Positions 11,505 to 24,700 of a DNA stretch of 64,000 nt are shown in pieces. Both the position numbers and the translations under genes were made by a program. Numbering within the stretch: the stretch's first letter is position 1; every line of letters starts with the position of its first letter. The stretch is from the NCBI GenBank assembly GCA_964016885.1, contig OZ024744.1:119474001-119538000 (forward strand), in the 5' to 3' direction. The notes below the pieces were generated by a model, which saw only the letters and a program-made list of their open reading frames with translations, was not told the origin of the DNA and did no database searches. The stretch comes from Eledone cirrhosa. Taxonomy: Eukaryota.

Positions 11505-12349
11505 TTAAGCTGCAGTTATAAGGCCTTCAGTGGTACACTTCAAATCACCTTGTTTAAGCCATGATCATGATGTTTTATCCTTGATATCCTGTGTATTTCT
11601 TTCAAAGTGTCTGTGCATTCTCATTTCCAGATCTTCTTTTCTCTTCTACTCTTTGTTTAAACTCTTCCTTTCCAACCATTTTATCTGCATTTATAGCCAT
11701 ATCTTCTGCTGCATATTGCAACAACTCTTCATTTACCAAATATTCTGCAACTACCCAGATATTCATTACAGTGACTAGATTTCTCACATTCAGGTTGGAT
11801 TTTAAAATCATTTTTACTCTTTTTAAATGTCTCTAACTTTTTCTTTCAGTTGTAAATACTTGATCCACTATCTTCCGGTTCTCGTGGTTTCTCCCAATCA
11901 CAGCCTTAGTCCAATACAGGCTGCTTAATATGTATGAGAGTTTTCTTAAAGAATTAATATTTCAGTTAAGTTTCATCAAATAAGCAACAAAACTTCAATA
12001 TATAAACAGTTGATGTGAGGTATTATGAGATATGTAGTGAAAGACTGAAAATGGCTTCATTAATCCTTAAATTCCCCACCTTCCTTCAATATATGGTTTG
12101 TTTTCTGCATAATAAATTGTTTGGTATATATTTCAGATCAGTCAATATACAAGTAGAAAGCCAAAAATAAAACAAAATGAAGTGAAGAATGGTAGAAAAG
12201 TGTAATGCTAAATATATAAAAGGCTAACAAGACTCTTCAGTTGTGTCTAGGGCACAACAACCACCCTGTTGCTGGTGCTATGGTAATATACACACAGTAC
12301 ACTCTGTAAAGTGGTTGGAGTTAGGAAGGACATCCAGCTGTACAAACGA

Positions 12350-14480
12350 CGCCGAGGTGAGAGAACACTTTAGCTGTGTCAGGGACATAACAACCCATGA
12401 TGACATTTACAGGCAATTCCCTCCATTTTCTGCCAATTAAAGAAAGATCTGGAAGCTGAAAGACCCCTCAGCCAGTAACAGATTTAAAGATATTTTACTC
12501 GACGTCTACGACAGTAAAGAAGAACAGATAGAGACATTCAATGTAGAAGAGCACTGGGAGTTCCTAAAAAATAACTTACTAAAGGCGACAGATGTGATCT
12601 GTGGTTGGAGCAAGACCACAGGGAGGAGGAGAGTGACTTGGTGGTGGAACAATAAGGTAGATGAGGCAGTTAAGGCTAAGACACAGGCATGGAAAGAATG
12701 GAAGAACGGGGAAAGCAGGGTACATTTCATAGAGACCAAGAGGGAAGCTAGGCGACAAGTATACTTAGCTAGGAGGGAAGCAGAGGATAAAAAATTCAAG
12801 TTTTGCAACGTGAGGACCAGAAACAGGAGGTGTTCAAGATTGCGAGGCAGTGTGTCAGAGAGAATTGTGATGTCATTGGAGAGAAGTGTATCCGGAATGA
12901 TAAAGGTGAGCTTGCCCTCACAAGTGCCGAGAAGAAAGCTGCGTGGAAGAGCCATTATGAAAGACTACTGAATGAGCAGAATGCATGGGATAAAGAAACT
13001 CTACCCCAAATGGACCCTATAGAGGGCTCAGCAGTAGCATAGTAAGTAAGGTAATTAAAGATATGAAGACTGGGAAGGCAGCCGGTCCATCGGGTAAGGC
13101 TGCCAAGATGCTGAAATCATCTGGGTCGGTAGGTCACACCATAGCCACATGTATTGTTAACCAGGTAATACTAGAGGGTGTCATACCAAAGGATTGGTGC
13201 AGTAGCATCATTGTCAACTGCTACAAAGGTAAAGGTGATGCACTAGATAGAGGAAACTATAGAGGTATAAAGCTGATGGACCAGGTCATGAAAGTAACGA
13301 AAGGAGTTATAACACAGTTGATTAGGGACTGGGTAAAACTAGTTGAGATGCAATTTGGGTTTGTGCCAGGCAAAAGCACCACTGATGCCCTTTTCCTTGT
13401 GAGGCAGCTACAGGAAAAGTACCTAGCTAAAAGTAAGCCACTCTACCTGGCATTTGTCGATCTAGAAAAAGCCTTTGACAGAGTGCCCTGTGCTATAATC
13501 TGGTGGGCTTAGAAAACTACGTGTAGATGAATGGCTTGGGAAAGCTGTACAAGCCATGTTTAGGGGAGCAGTCAGCAAAGTTAGAATTAACAATGACTAT
13601 AGCGAGGAATTTAGCTTACAGGTCGGTGTCCGCCAGGGCTCGGTTCATAGCCCTCTCCTATTTATTATAGTATTGCAGGCAATAACGGAGGAGTTTAAGA
13701 CTGGATGCCGATGGGAACTCCTATATGCAGATGATCTCACATTTATAGCCGAATCTATGTTGGAACTAGAGAAGAAATTCCAAACATGGAAGAAGGGCCT
13801 AGAAAGCTAGAAAGAAGGAGTCTCAAAGTCAACCTGACAAAGACTAAGGTCCTCGTAAGTAGAAGTAAAAACAGAACCCAGATCCCCTCAGTGAAATGGC
13901 CTTGCTCAGTATGTAGGTAGGTGTAGGTAGAAATTCTATCCTCTGCCCCAAATGCAAACAATGGGTACACAAAAGATGTGGTGGGATCTCAGGAAGCTTA
14001 GCTAAGAATGTAGGCTTTAAATGTAGCACCAAACTCTGGGAGGGGTCTGTAGAAACAGTAGACAGCTTCTGCTACCTAGGTGACCAAATTAGCAGTGGAG
14101 GTGGGAGTTCTGAAAGTACAGTAACCAGGGTAAGAACGGGATGGAAGAAGTTCAGGGAGCTACTGCCAGTGGTAGCTGCAAAAGGCTTTTCCCTCAAAAT
14201 GAAAGGCAGACTGTATGATGTGTGCATACGAACAGCAATGTTACATGGTAGTGAGACCTGGGTATTGTGTGTAGAAAACTTGAGTAGATTAGAAAGAAAC
14301 GAAGCTTGCATGCTCCGATGGATGTGTAATAGTAATATACACGAATGGCAAAGAATAAATGAATTGAGAGAGACTGAGCATAAGAGGAATCAAATGCTGT
14401 GTGCAGGAGAGGAGGTTTCATTGGTATGGACATGTGATGCGTATGAAGGATGACAGCTGCATAAAAAGTGCAGAGAAGCC
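12350..14480 (+). mobile_element. RTE-clade LINE, decayed and 5'-truncated (RT with inserted PHD-type finger)
   Basis: GKAAGPSG, NYRGIKL, QFGFVPGKSTTDALF, FVDLEKAFDRVP, QGSVHSPLLF, ELLYADDL, CxxC..CxxCxxWVHxxC, MLHGSETW; several stops and frameshifts. Confidence 0.92.
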
Positions 14481-14547
14481 GATCCCCCCCCCCCCCCGGA
14501 TACAAGCCAAAACTGAAGCATATAGACAATATGCCCCCACCCCCTCC

Positions 14548-14817
14548 CACTGTAAAGTGGATGTGTAGGTGCCACAACAAAAAAGCACCCAGTCTACACT
14601 GTAAACTGGTCATGTAGGTGTCATGGTAAAAAGCACCCAGCACTCACTGTAAATGAGGTTGCTGTTAGGAAGGGCATCCAGCTGTAGAAATCAAGCCAAA
14701 ATCAGTTCCTGTATGAGCAACACATGGTCACCCGACCAGACACTACCCACAACAGGATAACCCGTCTAACCCATGCTAGCGTGGAAAAATGGACGTAAAA
14801 CGGTGATGATGATGATT
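14548..14817 (+). mobile_element. SINE family B with about 2 internal 48-bp units
   Basis: TTAGGAAGGGCATCCAGCTGTAGAAA core and (GAT)n tail. Confidence 0.8.
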
Positions 14818-15436
14818 GACCTTTGTATATAAAGTTTGTGATGACATTGTCATGTAGGCACCCAAGTGCAGAAGATGATGTTTGATTCTATCATTAAGTT
14901 GGTCAGTTAATGTCACTAAAGGTGATCCTCAAAATACTCAAAAGAACAGCCTATGACATGGTTTTTGATAGAAATATTGGTGGGAGGTGGATTATTATGT
15001 CCAATAAATATTACGTGTTCAACTTAACTACCATCTCCTGCCAAATTTAGGGACACGGCTGTTCTTACTGTCTTAGACACACCACCAACAGCAGCTTCAG
15101 CCCAGCATATCAATACTGTACTCATAAATGATCTTGGTCAAAGTTTGAGAGCAGAAAGTCTTTGGAGATTAAAATGACTTCCATATAAGCCATGACATTC
15201 CTGAGCTACCAGATATATGTAAGTGGCAGCCCCTGGACTGGTAAGAGTGAGCCCTATCTAGAATACTCCATTCTATGTGGGATGTTGTTCTCTTAATCTC
15301 TGAGTCACCAGATGAAACAGGACAATGGTGTAGAATTTTTTAACCTCTTGTACCCTAAAGATGTAGCCATTAAGGCCCTACTTATACACATGCACACACA
15401 AATATATATGGATGTTAAACAATGATGTTGATAATA

Positions 15437-15481
<45 letters not shown>

Positions 15482-15520
15482 ATTATTATCATCATTTAAT
15501 GTCCATATATATTTATATAT

Positions 15521-15878
15521 ATAATTGTTTCTACTTTTGACACAAGGCCAGCAATTACTCCAGTGCATTACTGGTACTTTATTTTATCGACCCCGTAAGG
15601 ATGAAAAGCAAAGTTAACGGGATTTGAAGCATATGGCGTCCGAACCTCTACCGATAAGGCGGTGGATTAGCATCCACCGCCTTATATATATAATTGTTTC
15701 TACTTTAGGCACAAGGCCAGCAATTACCCAGTGCATTACTGGTGCTTTATTTTATCGACCCCGTAAGGATGAAAGGCAAAGTTAACCTCAGCGGGATTTG
15801 AACTCAGATCGTAAAGGGACGTAACTATGCTGGAAAGCATGGCGTCCGACCCTCCACCGATACTGCCAATCCACCACC
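15521..15878 (-). mobile_element. Two head-to-tail SINE family A copies (15521-15681 internally deleted; 15691-15878)
   Basis: Both match 82-272; flanked and separated by (TA)n; (TA)n run at 15442-15479. Confidence 0.85.
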
Positions 15879-16039
15879 TTATATATATAATGTGTGTAGC
15901 TTTGAATATCTATACGTGAGAGCCGCGCGTCTAAACAGAGATATCACAGTTAAAAATCTTGGTTACATCTTACCAAACAGCATTAGATGTGTATATAAGA
16001 TTTCTAATACTGTCAGGTAAAGATGTCACTAATATTTGA

Positions 16040-16170
16040 TACCACCATGATATGTAGATCAGACAGTGGATATCAGATATCACCATAATGAGATCAGACA
16101 GTGGATATCAGATATCACCATGATTAGTAAATCAGACAATGGATATTGAATATCACCATGCTATGTAGAA
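16040..16170. repeat. Short degenerate tandem repeat (~35-39 bp, about 3.5 copies)
   Basis: ATCACCATGA..ATCAGACAGTGGATATCAGAT repeated. Confidence 0.75.
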
Positions 16171-16383
16171 CCAATGATGGAGTGTATTTAAAATATTATT
16201 TGGTGGGAAATTAAACTGCTTATTTTCTAACTCTTCTGAGAAAATAAAAGTAAAATCTTTAGTTACAATTGTAAAGACTTAGTTATAATAAATTATTTAA
16301 TTCTATTTGTATTGTCTAATTTCCAGTTTACACTGAGGTATATTAATATTCCATTTATATGTGTGTGTGTATATATATATATA

Positions 16384-16909
16384 TGTAGCGACGCTGGTTG
16401 GTCAGTCTAGTCACTACTGATCAGATCCGAGAATAGTCCTTAGAAGGACTGGTATCGCATACGGTCTGATCAGATATGAAGATAGCCCTTAAAAGGACTG
16501 TTGTCGCATATAGCCCTTAAAAGAACTGTTGAGGATGGACAGACGAGAGCACAAGTTGAAAGGACGAAGCAAGGCGAGATGTAAATTCGATCAGCTATTT
16601 ATTTTCACATGAAGCGACGATACGGGGTACAAGGCGTGTGAGTGACAAAGCATGGCAGAGGCGAAAAACAACGATGCGCTAGCTGACTCTGAAAAAGTCG
16701 ACTGGTGAAAGTGTTTGGAACCACTCTATTTATACAGGAACAATCTTTTGTTGTTTAGTCGATGTGTAGGCGTTTATTCTGGTAGGTTCTTATTCTGGTA
16801 GGTTCTAATTCTGGTAGGTTCTAAGGGTTCTTTTGTTTCACGTTGACTAGCTAGCTAACAGGTAGATGGCGCTGTATATTTCACAGATGTTATTTCCGCT
16901 GGCTGTACA
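16384..16909 (-). repeat. 3' LTR (526 bp)
   Basis: TGTACAGCC...CGCTACA on the minus strand; AATAAA at ~16598-16603; internal (ATTCTGGTAGGTTCT)x3. Confidence 0.92.
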
Positions 16910-17801
16910 TTAGCCCTCTGCCAGATCTTTTGTACAACAAAAGAGCGAAATATCGTATAGTAATGGGCCACTGGTGCATTTGTCATGACAATAGCCCCAG
17001 GAGTGTCCAGCACGTTGTGAAATGTTGTGATCATCGAGTACAGGACAGAGTCGATGTAGAGATGATATGGCAAGATGTGTGTGTCAGGAAGAGAAAAAAG
17101 AAATAAACTATAAAATGACTTTGACCAGATTTATGCAGGCGTGATGAATGAGCCTGTTGCAATTTCGGTTGAGCTGCCTGTGAATTGCGTGACAAAAAGT
17201 CTAACTGGGCAGTGAAGATAACCGTAATGTGTGAACTGAATGGCCGTAAGCATGCTGCCTAAAAGTAACAGTTTGCTCCACAGCATATGACTTGAGCGAA
17301 TGCATGTGGTAAAAAAATAGCGAGGCATTCTCGAGCTATTGAGTGAATGTGTACGTGAAAAAGGAAGGCCAGTGTTTTGAGGTTGCGATTTGTGAAATGC
17401 GTGATCAAAGAGAAAACATTTTGTAGTGTAAGAGTTAGAGGGACACAAATATCTATTGCTCAGTGTATGAACCAAAAGTTGAAACAAATGTGGTTTTGAA
17501 GTGTGCATGAAAAACAGAATATGTACACGCCTTGTATGTATATCACAATTATGGCAATTACACAATCAGAACAATAAAAATAAAAATGTTTGCAAAACGA
17601 GAGAAGAAAAAAAATGTTATACACAATGTTTGTTCTTAAATAGAGTTTGGAATAAATAATGTTCTTCGTGACATGAGCACATGGTCACTAAAAATTGCAA
17701 TTGTTCAAGCAGAAAGTTCATTGTATTTGAAACTGGAAATAGTAAACACAAGAAAAATGGAAATGTTTTGCACGAAGAATGATTAAGAAACTCACTTGAG
17801 G

Positions 17802-20800
17802 TTAACGGTAATTCACATATTGTGCCAACTTTGCGGGCCAATGGACGCGTCGTCCACTTCTCGTGACTGGAGATGAAACAGGTGGCTCGCTGGGACAGCA
17901 ATCTGTCGGAGTTTCTGGTGTAGAGACTGTAACAGTATCCATGGTGGCTTTTTTTAATCTGTCCGCGCTGACAGAATTCTGTTTACCATCTAGATCGAGA
18001 ATAAAATATTTCGGATATTTTTTTAGAACACGATAAGGGCCAGAATATGGAAGTCGAAGATGAGCTGAGATGGTGTCGTTTCGAACGAAAACGTGTGTCC
18101 AATCATCAATGTCTGAAGGGACGTGTGTGGCCGTGTTCTGTTGACGGGTGCTTGCAGGAACAAGGTGAGATATTGTCGAAGACGGTGTACGTATGATCCT
18201 GGATCTGAGGAGAGATGGGAGCAACCATCTGACCAGGTAGAACCAGGGTGGTGCCGTACACTAATTCTGCAGGTGTGTGTCCGAATTCCTCCTTAACGGT
18301 GGATCGAATGCCCAGAAGGATGAGTGGCAGGTATTCAAACCAGTGGGTCTTGTCTGATATGCTTTTATTGCAGCTTTCAATTGGCGATGGAATCTTTCCA
18401 CGAGACCATTAGCTTGCGGGTGATAAGCTGTCGTGCGGATGTGTTTACATCCTAACAGGCGAGTCAGTTCCCTGAAGAGGTGGGAGTCAAATTGGCGTCC
18501 TCTGTCCGTTGTTATCTTCGCTGGGGCGCCATAACGTGATACCCAGTGTAAAACCAAAGTTTTAGCGACTGTTTCCGCTGAGGTATCATTTATGGGAAAA
18601 GCCTCAGGCCAACGAGAAAATCGATCGATGCAGGTGAGCAAGTGTGTGTAGTTCTGTGATGGTGGTAGAGGTCCGACGATGTCGATATGCACATGATGAA
18701 AACGTGCATCAGGTTGCGCGAATGTGCCGAGTGGAGTTTTGATGTGTCTGTGGACTTTGGTTTTCTGGCAGGCAATGCAGCTCCTGGACCAGTCGCACAC
18801 GTCCTTGTTAATGTTAGTCCACACAAAACGAGCAGAGATGAGTTTCTGTGTATACCGGATTCCCGGGTGAGACAAGCAGTGTAAAGCAGAAAAAACTTGT
18901 CGACGATGCATCTGTGGTACGTACGGTCGTTCATGACCGGTAGAAAGGTCGCACCAAATTTGTCCCGGAGAAGAAGGAATGGGAACTTGCTGAAACTCAA
19001 GGGATGGCGAATCTCGGAGCTTGATAAACTCTTCGTCAGTCTCTTGGTCAGCTGCGATCTGTTGAAGGTCGATGCCTGAATGCACATGTATTGCGTTCAG
19101 CTGGATTCGCGACAGGGCGTCGGCTGCTACGTTGTCTGATCCCTTGATATGCCGAATATGTTGAATATTGGGAGACAAAATCCAGGTGTCGGAGTTCTCT
19201 CGGTGAATGTCGATCAGGTTTGGTACGGAACGCATAAACTAGTGGTTTATGGTCCGTGTAGATCACGAAATCTGATCCTTCGAGCATGTGCCGAAAATGC
19301 TTAACCGAAAGATAGGTTGCCAAGAGTTCGCGGCCAAAGGTAGTGTATTTCGTTTCTGCCGGTTGCAACCGCTTAGAAAAGAAGGATAAGGGTTGCCACA
19401 CGCCGTCGACATGTTGTAAAACGCCTCCAACCCCCGTGTCTGATGCATCCACTAGCAGCAAAAGACGAGCGCCAGACCTGGGGAAAACGAGCATGGAAGC
19501 GCTTGCCAACATTTCCTTCAGGCGGTTAAAAGATGTTAATTCTTCCTCGTTTAGAGTGATCTCTTCGTTTTTGCGAGTCCGGTTACGAAGAAGGTCCATG
19601 AAGAGTCTGGCTGCGTCGGAACAATGAGGGATAAACCGCCTATAAAAATTCACCAGACCGAGGAATTCACACAGTTTCCGAAGTGATGTAGGTGCGGGAA
19701 AACTGCGGATAGCTTCTACTTTCTCGGGAAGTGGACGAATGCCGTCTTTATCGATGATGTGCCCGAAAAAGGACAGTGAAGGAACGCCGAGAAGGCACTT
19801 GCTGGGGTTGATGATGATACCGTACTCAGCCAAACGTCGGAAAAGGAGATCTAAGTGCTTCTCGTGTTCATTCTCGGAAGCACTTGCTACCAGTACGTCG
19901 TCAATATACGCGTATACGAAGGGTAGATCGCGTAACACGGTGTCAATAAACCACTGAAAAGTTTGTGCAGCATTGCGCAGACCGAACGGCATTCGCAGGA
20001 ATTCGAATAAACCGAACGGTGTTGTGATTGCGGTCTTCGGAATATCTGCAGGCTCCATAGGTATCTGGTTATATGCACGCACCAAATCTATCTTGGAAAA
20101 GATACGTGCGCATTGCAGAGAGGCAGAAAAGTCATGCAGGTGAGGTACAGGGTAATTATCGGGCACTGTAGAATTGTTAAGTGCACGATAATCCCCACAT
20201 GGTCGCCAATCTTTCTCGTTTTTTTTTGGAACAAGGTGTAGGGGTGCAGACCAGTTGCTGGAGGAAGGGCGAATGATTCCGAGGTCCAGCATGTGTTGGA
20301 ACTCCTGCTTGGCGATTCTCAATCGGTCTGGAGGCAGTCTCCTTGGTCGGGCAGCTGTGGGTGGTCCCTTTGTCTCGATGTGGTGCGTTACACTATGCTT
20401 AATGGGACCATCCTTAAATACCGGGCGAGTGATGTCTGGGTATTTCTGGAGAATGCCGTTGTACCGCGAAGGCTCTGACTGGCAAATTACAGGGCTCACT
20501 GTGGATTGCGTGGTAAATATACCTCTCACAGTGAGGTTTGTGGTGGTGTCAATAAGCCTCCGGTTCTTCATATCCACCAGAAGGTTGTAGTGGTGGAGAA
20601 AATCGGCTCCTAGGATAGGGGTCGGCAGGTCTGCCACGACGAACACCCATTGAAAACGCCGCCTCAGGCCTAAATTGAGAGTCAGTGATTTTTCCCCGAA
20701 AGTCGGAATTGACGATCGGTTCACTGCCTGCAGAAAGGACGGTGTTGGGTGTCTTTTGCCCGAGATTAGTGAAACAGGAATAACACTAACCTGGGCTCCT

Positions 20801-20830
20801 GTATCCACAAGGTAACGGATGCCTGTGGCT
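17802..20830 (-). pseudogene. pol: Gypsy pol (protease, RT, RNase H, integrase with GPY/F motif), broken by frameshifts
   Basis: LVDTGA; [12 protein letters not shown]; YIDDVL; VDASDTGVG and YTDHKPL; H-x3-H..CIACQ; [24 protein letters not shown]; PYSGPYRV. Frame changes near 19165 and 18350. Confidence 0.92.
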
Positions 20831-20884
20831 TGGTCGTTGGTAAAAAATAGACGACTTTTCAGTACCAGGGGTGAACGTCGTCGC

Positions 20885-21172
20885 TAGGCCCTGGGTGGTA
20901 TTCAGGAAAGAGCACGGGGCTTTGCACTTAGATGCCTGTGCGCCAAATTTTGCATGATACCAGCAGAGGTTGCCAGACACACGATTTTGACTGGGACTAC
21001 TGGATCTTCGACTGTGAAAAGGCCTGGATCAACTGTTGCTGCATCGCCGGTGTGTTTGAAAGGTCAAGTTCTCTACTTGATTCGGGAGGGCTTTAATTTG
21101 ACCAGCCCGCTCTCTGATCATAGCCCGCAGCTCTGAAATCTCGGCCTCTGTCGTTGGTTGTGACATGTCCAT
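20885..21172 (-). pseudogene. gag: Truncated gag remnant with CHCC knuckle
   Basis: ATG at ~21172 (MDMSQPTTEAEISELRAMIRE..), one in-frame stop, then CWYHAKFGAQASKCKAPC (C-x2-H-x9-C-x3-C). Confidence 0.75.
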
Positions 21173-21213
21173 GTTGGTATCTTGTTAGGCTTCTGTCTGG
21201 TTGCCAATTCGAT

Positions 21214-21230
21214 TCACGTCGGGGTCACCA
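21214..21230 (-). promoter_or_regulatory. Primer-binding site complementary to the tRNA-Trp 3' end
   Basis: TGGTGACCCCGACGTGA, 2 nt downstream of the 5' LTR; same sequence as the known tRNA-Trp PBS of ASLV and CsRn1-type elements. Confidence 0.9.
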
Positions 21231-21232
21231 AT

Positions 21233-21713
21233 TGTAGCAACGTGGTTAGTCAGTCTAGTCACTACTTTTGATCAGATCCGAGAATAGCCCTTAGAAGGAC
21301 TGTTATAGCATACGGTCTGATCAGATCTGAAGATAGCCCTTAAAAGAACTGTTGTCACTGGTGAGGATGGACAGACGAAAGCACAAGTTGAAAGGACGAA
21401 GCAAGGCGAGAGATGTAGTTTCGATCAGCTATTTATTTTCACATGAAGCGACGATACAAGGTACAAGGCGTGTGTGAGTGACAAAGCGTGGCAGAGTAGA
21501 GGAACAACGATACGCAGGTTGACTCTGCCAAATGTCGACTAGCGAAGTGTTAGGAACCACTCTATTTATACAGAAATAATCGTTTGATGTTTAGCCGCTG
21601 TGTAGGCGTTTTATTTTGATGGCTTCTAAGGGTTGTTTTGGTTCACGGTGAGGTAACTAGCTAACAGGTAGATGGCGCTGTATATTTCACATGTTATTTC
21701 CGGTGGCTGTACA
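21233..21713 (-). repeat. 5' LTR (481 bp)
   Basis: Homologous to 16384-16909; TATAAATA at ~21563-21570 on the minus strand. Confidence 0.92.
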
Positions 21714-21784
21714 TATATACCCATTGATCTATCCCTCTCTCTGTCTATCTTTCTATCTATCTATCTCACTGTCTGTCTATCTAT

Positions 21785-24700
21785 TGTTATGAGTAGACAT
21801 GTGAAGGCTCGCTGGTGAGTTTTTGTTTCTCTAAGTTTCAAGCCCTTAGGGGCAAAAATTTGCTCTGAAATTTCAGAAAATGGAAAAAATATCTGTAAAA
21901 TATAAAATATATAAAAATATAAAATATATAAAAATAAAGACTAGAGAATGTTCCTAGACAAGAGAAGGTGAAAGAAGACGTTATGTCTTCTAGTAGTGCA
22001 GCTATGTTGTATGTTGCCATGACAGTATCATGAAAACTTTTCGTAATGAAGAAATTACGAACAACACAAAGACTAATGCCACAAACAAAAACAACAACAG
22101 CATGAACACAAACCAAATGAAAAACAACAACATGAAAATAACAACCAAAATGACAAAGAATAAAAACAACAACACAAGTGAAAATAAAAATCAAATACAT
22201 ACAAAAAAAATATTTGCAGTGACCCTTGCCAAAGAAACGGAATTCATAGAATTTGACAGCAAATAAAGCACAGCACCTGAAGGACACTGCGCAATATATA
22301 ACTGTTGAGGGGAATGGATTTCAGATCAACACCCTACCAGAGATTAGGGCCACAACCCTAAAGAAAACAATAATAATGTCTCTATAGAATCAAGAAAACC
22401 TACCTCTTTGCCTCAGAATACAGTAGGAAGCGTGTTGAGGTAGGCAATGCCAGACATTGCCTACCTCCAGAGGACCAAGCAGTAAAGGAGCATCTCAGTG
22501 CTCTTTAAAAGTGAGACCCTCGCCCAGAAATACTCGGTGGTTCAAATCAAAAGAAACCATTACATCTTCTAACCCACATACATGGGAAGAACAACACACA
22601 AAATAAGGGTGTCACAGATCCCACCGAACACCAACATTTGGTGGATCCTGGGTGGCTTTTTGGAGGAGGGTGAAGGCACCCTCCTCTTTGAAAAGAAGTC
22701 AACCAAGTATAACTGGAATGGGACTTCAGTGGAACTCCTGATCCAAATGAAACCAGAAAGAGTTTCAAAGATACCCGAAAGGGTACCTGTTGATAACAAC
22801 CATGTTATCAACCTCACAGTGGAGGGCAGAAAACCAGTGTTTTCGATATGGCAAGGATACCTATATAAAAACATTCTGCCTAATGCTAAACACACCACAA
22901 CAAAACAAGGTGTTGCTAACAACACCCAAACCCCAACAACAACAGCCTAAAACAAAGAACACAACCCCCAAACCATCAACATCTACTCCACCATCACAAA
23001 CCAAAAAAGACAACACCAAAAATTCCCCCTGAAGGACTCTATCTTACCCCTTCCCCCTCTGTCTAACACTCCACCACCACACAACATACCCCTCCTACAT
23101 ACCACCTCATTTCCAAGCGAGGATGAAGAGGAGCCCCAAAAATTAAAAAAAGACACCGCAAAAACACAAAAGCGCCAATCACCAACACAGACACCACCAC
23201 AAACGACAACCACACCAACAAAACACACCACCACAACCAAACTACCCCACCCCACCAGAAAAACAAACACCAACACTACCAAAAGAAAACTAAACAACAA
23301 ACAACAGAAACATCACAGCAAAAATTCAAACCACACTACATATACATTAACACCACAAATAAAGACCTAATGGGGGCCATCACGAAAGAACCCTACCATC
23401 CAGACACAAGGGAAACCTTCACCACACCTAAAACTGATACGAGTTCCAACACAAACCCCATGATGTTGGACCCCTGTGCCAAAAACCCCTGAAATGTTTC
23501 CCCTCCCCACCACCAACATGGAGATCAAACAACCCGACCTCCAGGAAACTAAAAGGTAAGTGTTCCTTTTTCTCTCCCTAAATCTTCTTCACCGACATGG
23601 CAACTGTACGAGTTGGATGTTAGAATGTGCGTGACCTGGAAATATCCTGGAAACAGGGCCAACTTTTAAATTACGTTAGCTCAGTGTATAGGTGGGATAG
23701 GGTCTAGGATTCACAACAAGCAGCAGTTAACCCGCATAGTCGATGACTTTGAGATCTATGCATCTCTCTGTCAGGCAGGAGGTGGAGGGGGCGTTGCTGT
23801 TTTGTTTAAAAAAAACCTGGATCTCAAAGTACAGACAATTTACTTGGACCCGGAGGGCAATTTGGTGGTTCTAGATGTGAATAGTAGTGAAAGTGGAGCT
23901 TTCAGACTGGTGGCTGTATATGCCCCGACTGGGACATTGCAACCAGAGTTCTTTAAGCATCTGGAGTCTTTCTTGAGAATGCCTCACTCTTTACTGTTAG
24001 CGGTGGACTGGGATGGCATATTAGACATACGTTGGAACTATGTAGGAGCATGTGATAGTAGAGGGGGTGTGACAGCCTCAGAAATCTCATCAGCCAATTC
24101 CAAATGGCTGATAGATATCGACTAGATTTCCTAAGTGCACCACTGTGGACGTGGAGCAACCACACAGGGTCTTCTAGATCGTATTTAGATAGATTTCTAA
24201 TTAGATAAAACAATAGGGAAACATTAAGCTGCCCACAAATGCACATAGTTGCCTATTCAGACCACAAATAGTCAACTTTGATAGAACACATAGACAGGGA
24301 CCTAGATATTGGAAGCTAAACATGTCGCTTCTGACATGTAAAGCCTACAGTAAACAGATCAGCACTTTAATTAAACACCAGTTGATGGGGGCCATCGTCA
24401 ACAACAGGTGGTGGTGGTCTCTCAAGAGAGCAATTAGAGTAGAATCAATAGTCTTTAGCAAGGAATTAGCTTTAGAAAAGAACAAAACTGAAAAGGAACT
24501 GGTAGCCAAAGTAGAAGAGGCACTACAGCTGGTGTGCTAGCGGCGAGAATGGCTCTAGACTAGTTCTTCAATGTGAAACACGAAGGTTGTATTGTCAGAG
24601 GTAGAACATGCTCTGAGAAACGAAGGAGTGAAAACTGTTAGTTGGGCCTGAGTGGCAGAGGCGAAAAGTGGCAACAAATCCACAATTCAGTCTTTGGAAA

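Larger units (their letters stand above)
9085..11770 (-). mobile_element. R4/Dong-like non-LTR 3' fragment, split by a MITE at 9745-11508
   Basis: MHRHF..WLKQGDLKCTTEGLITAA|DEALATN..YRLCGKNVEIVVHMVNRC (degenerate CCHC finger), then ILGLWLS/ILWD-like REL region; ends in a (TAA)n tail at 9085-9101. Confidence 0.7.
16384..21713 (-). mobile_element. Ty3/Gypsy LTR retrotransposon, CsRn1/kabuki-like lineage
   Basis: Paired TG..CA LTRs, tRNA-Trp PBS, purine-rich tract next to the 3' LTR, CHCC Gag knuckle, PR-RT-RH-IN order, TATA(TA) on both flanks. Confidence 0.93.

Noticed and set aside
16910-17800. Possible env-like third ORF in the Gypsy 3' region
   Set aside because: Only short ORFs with no convincing signal peptide or transmembrane architecture; treated as 3' UTR.
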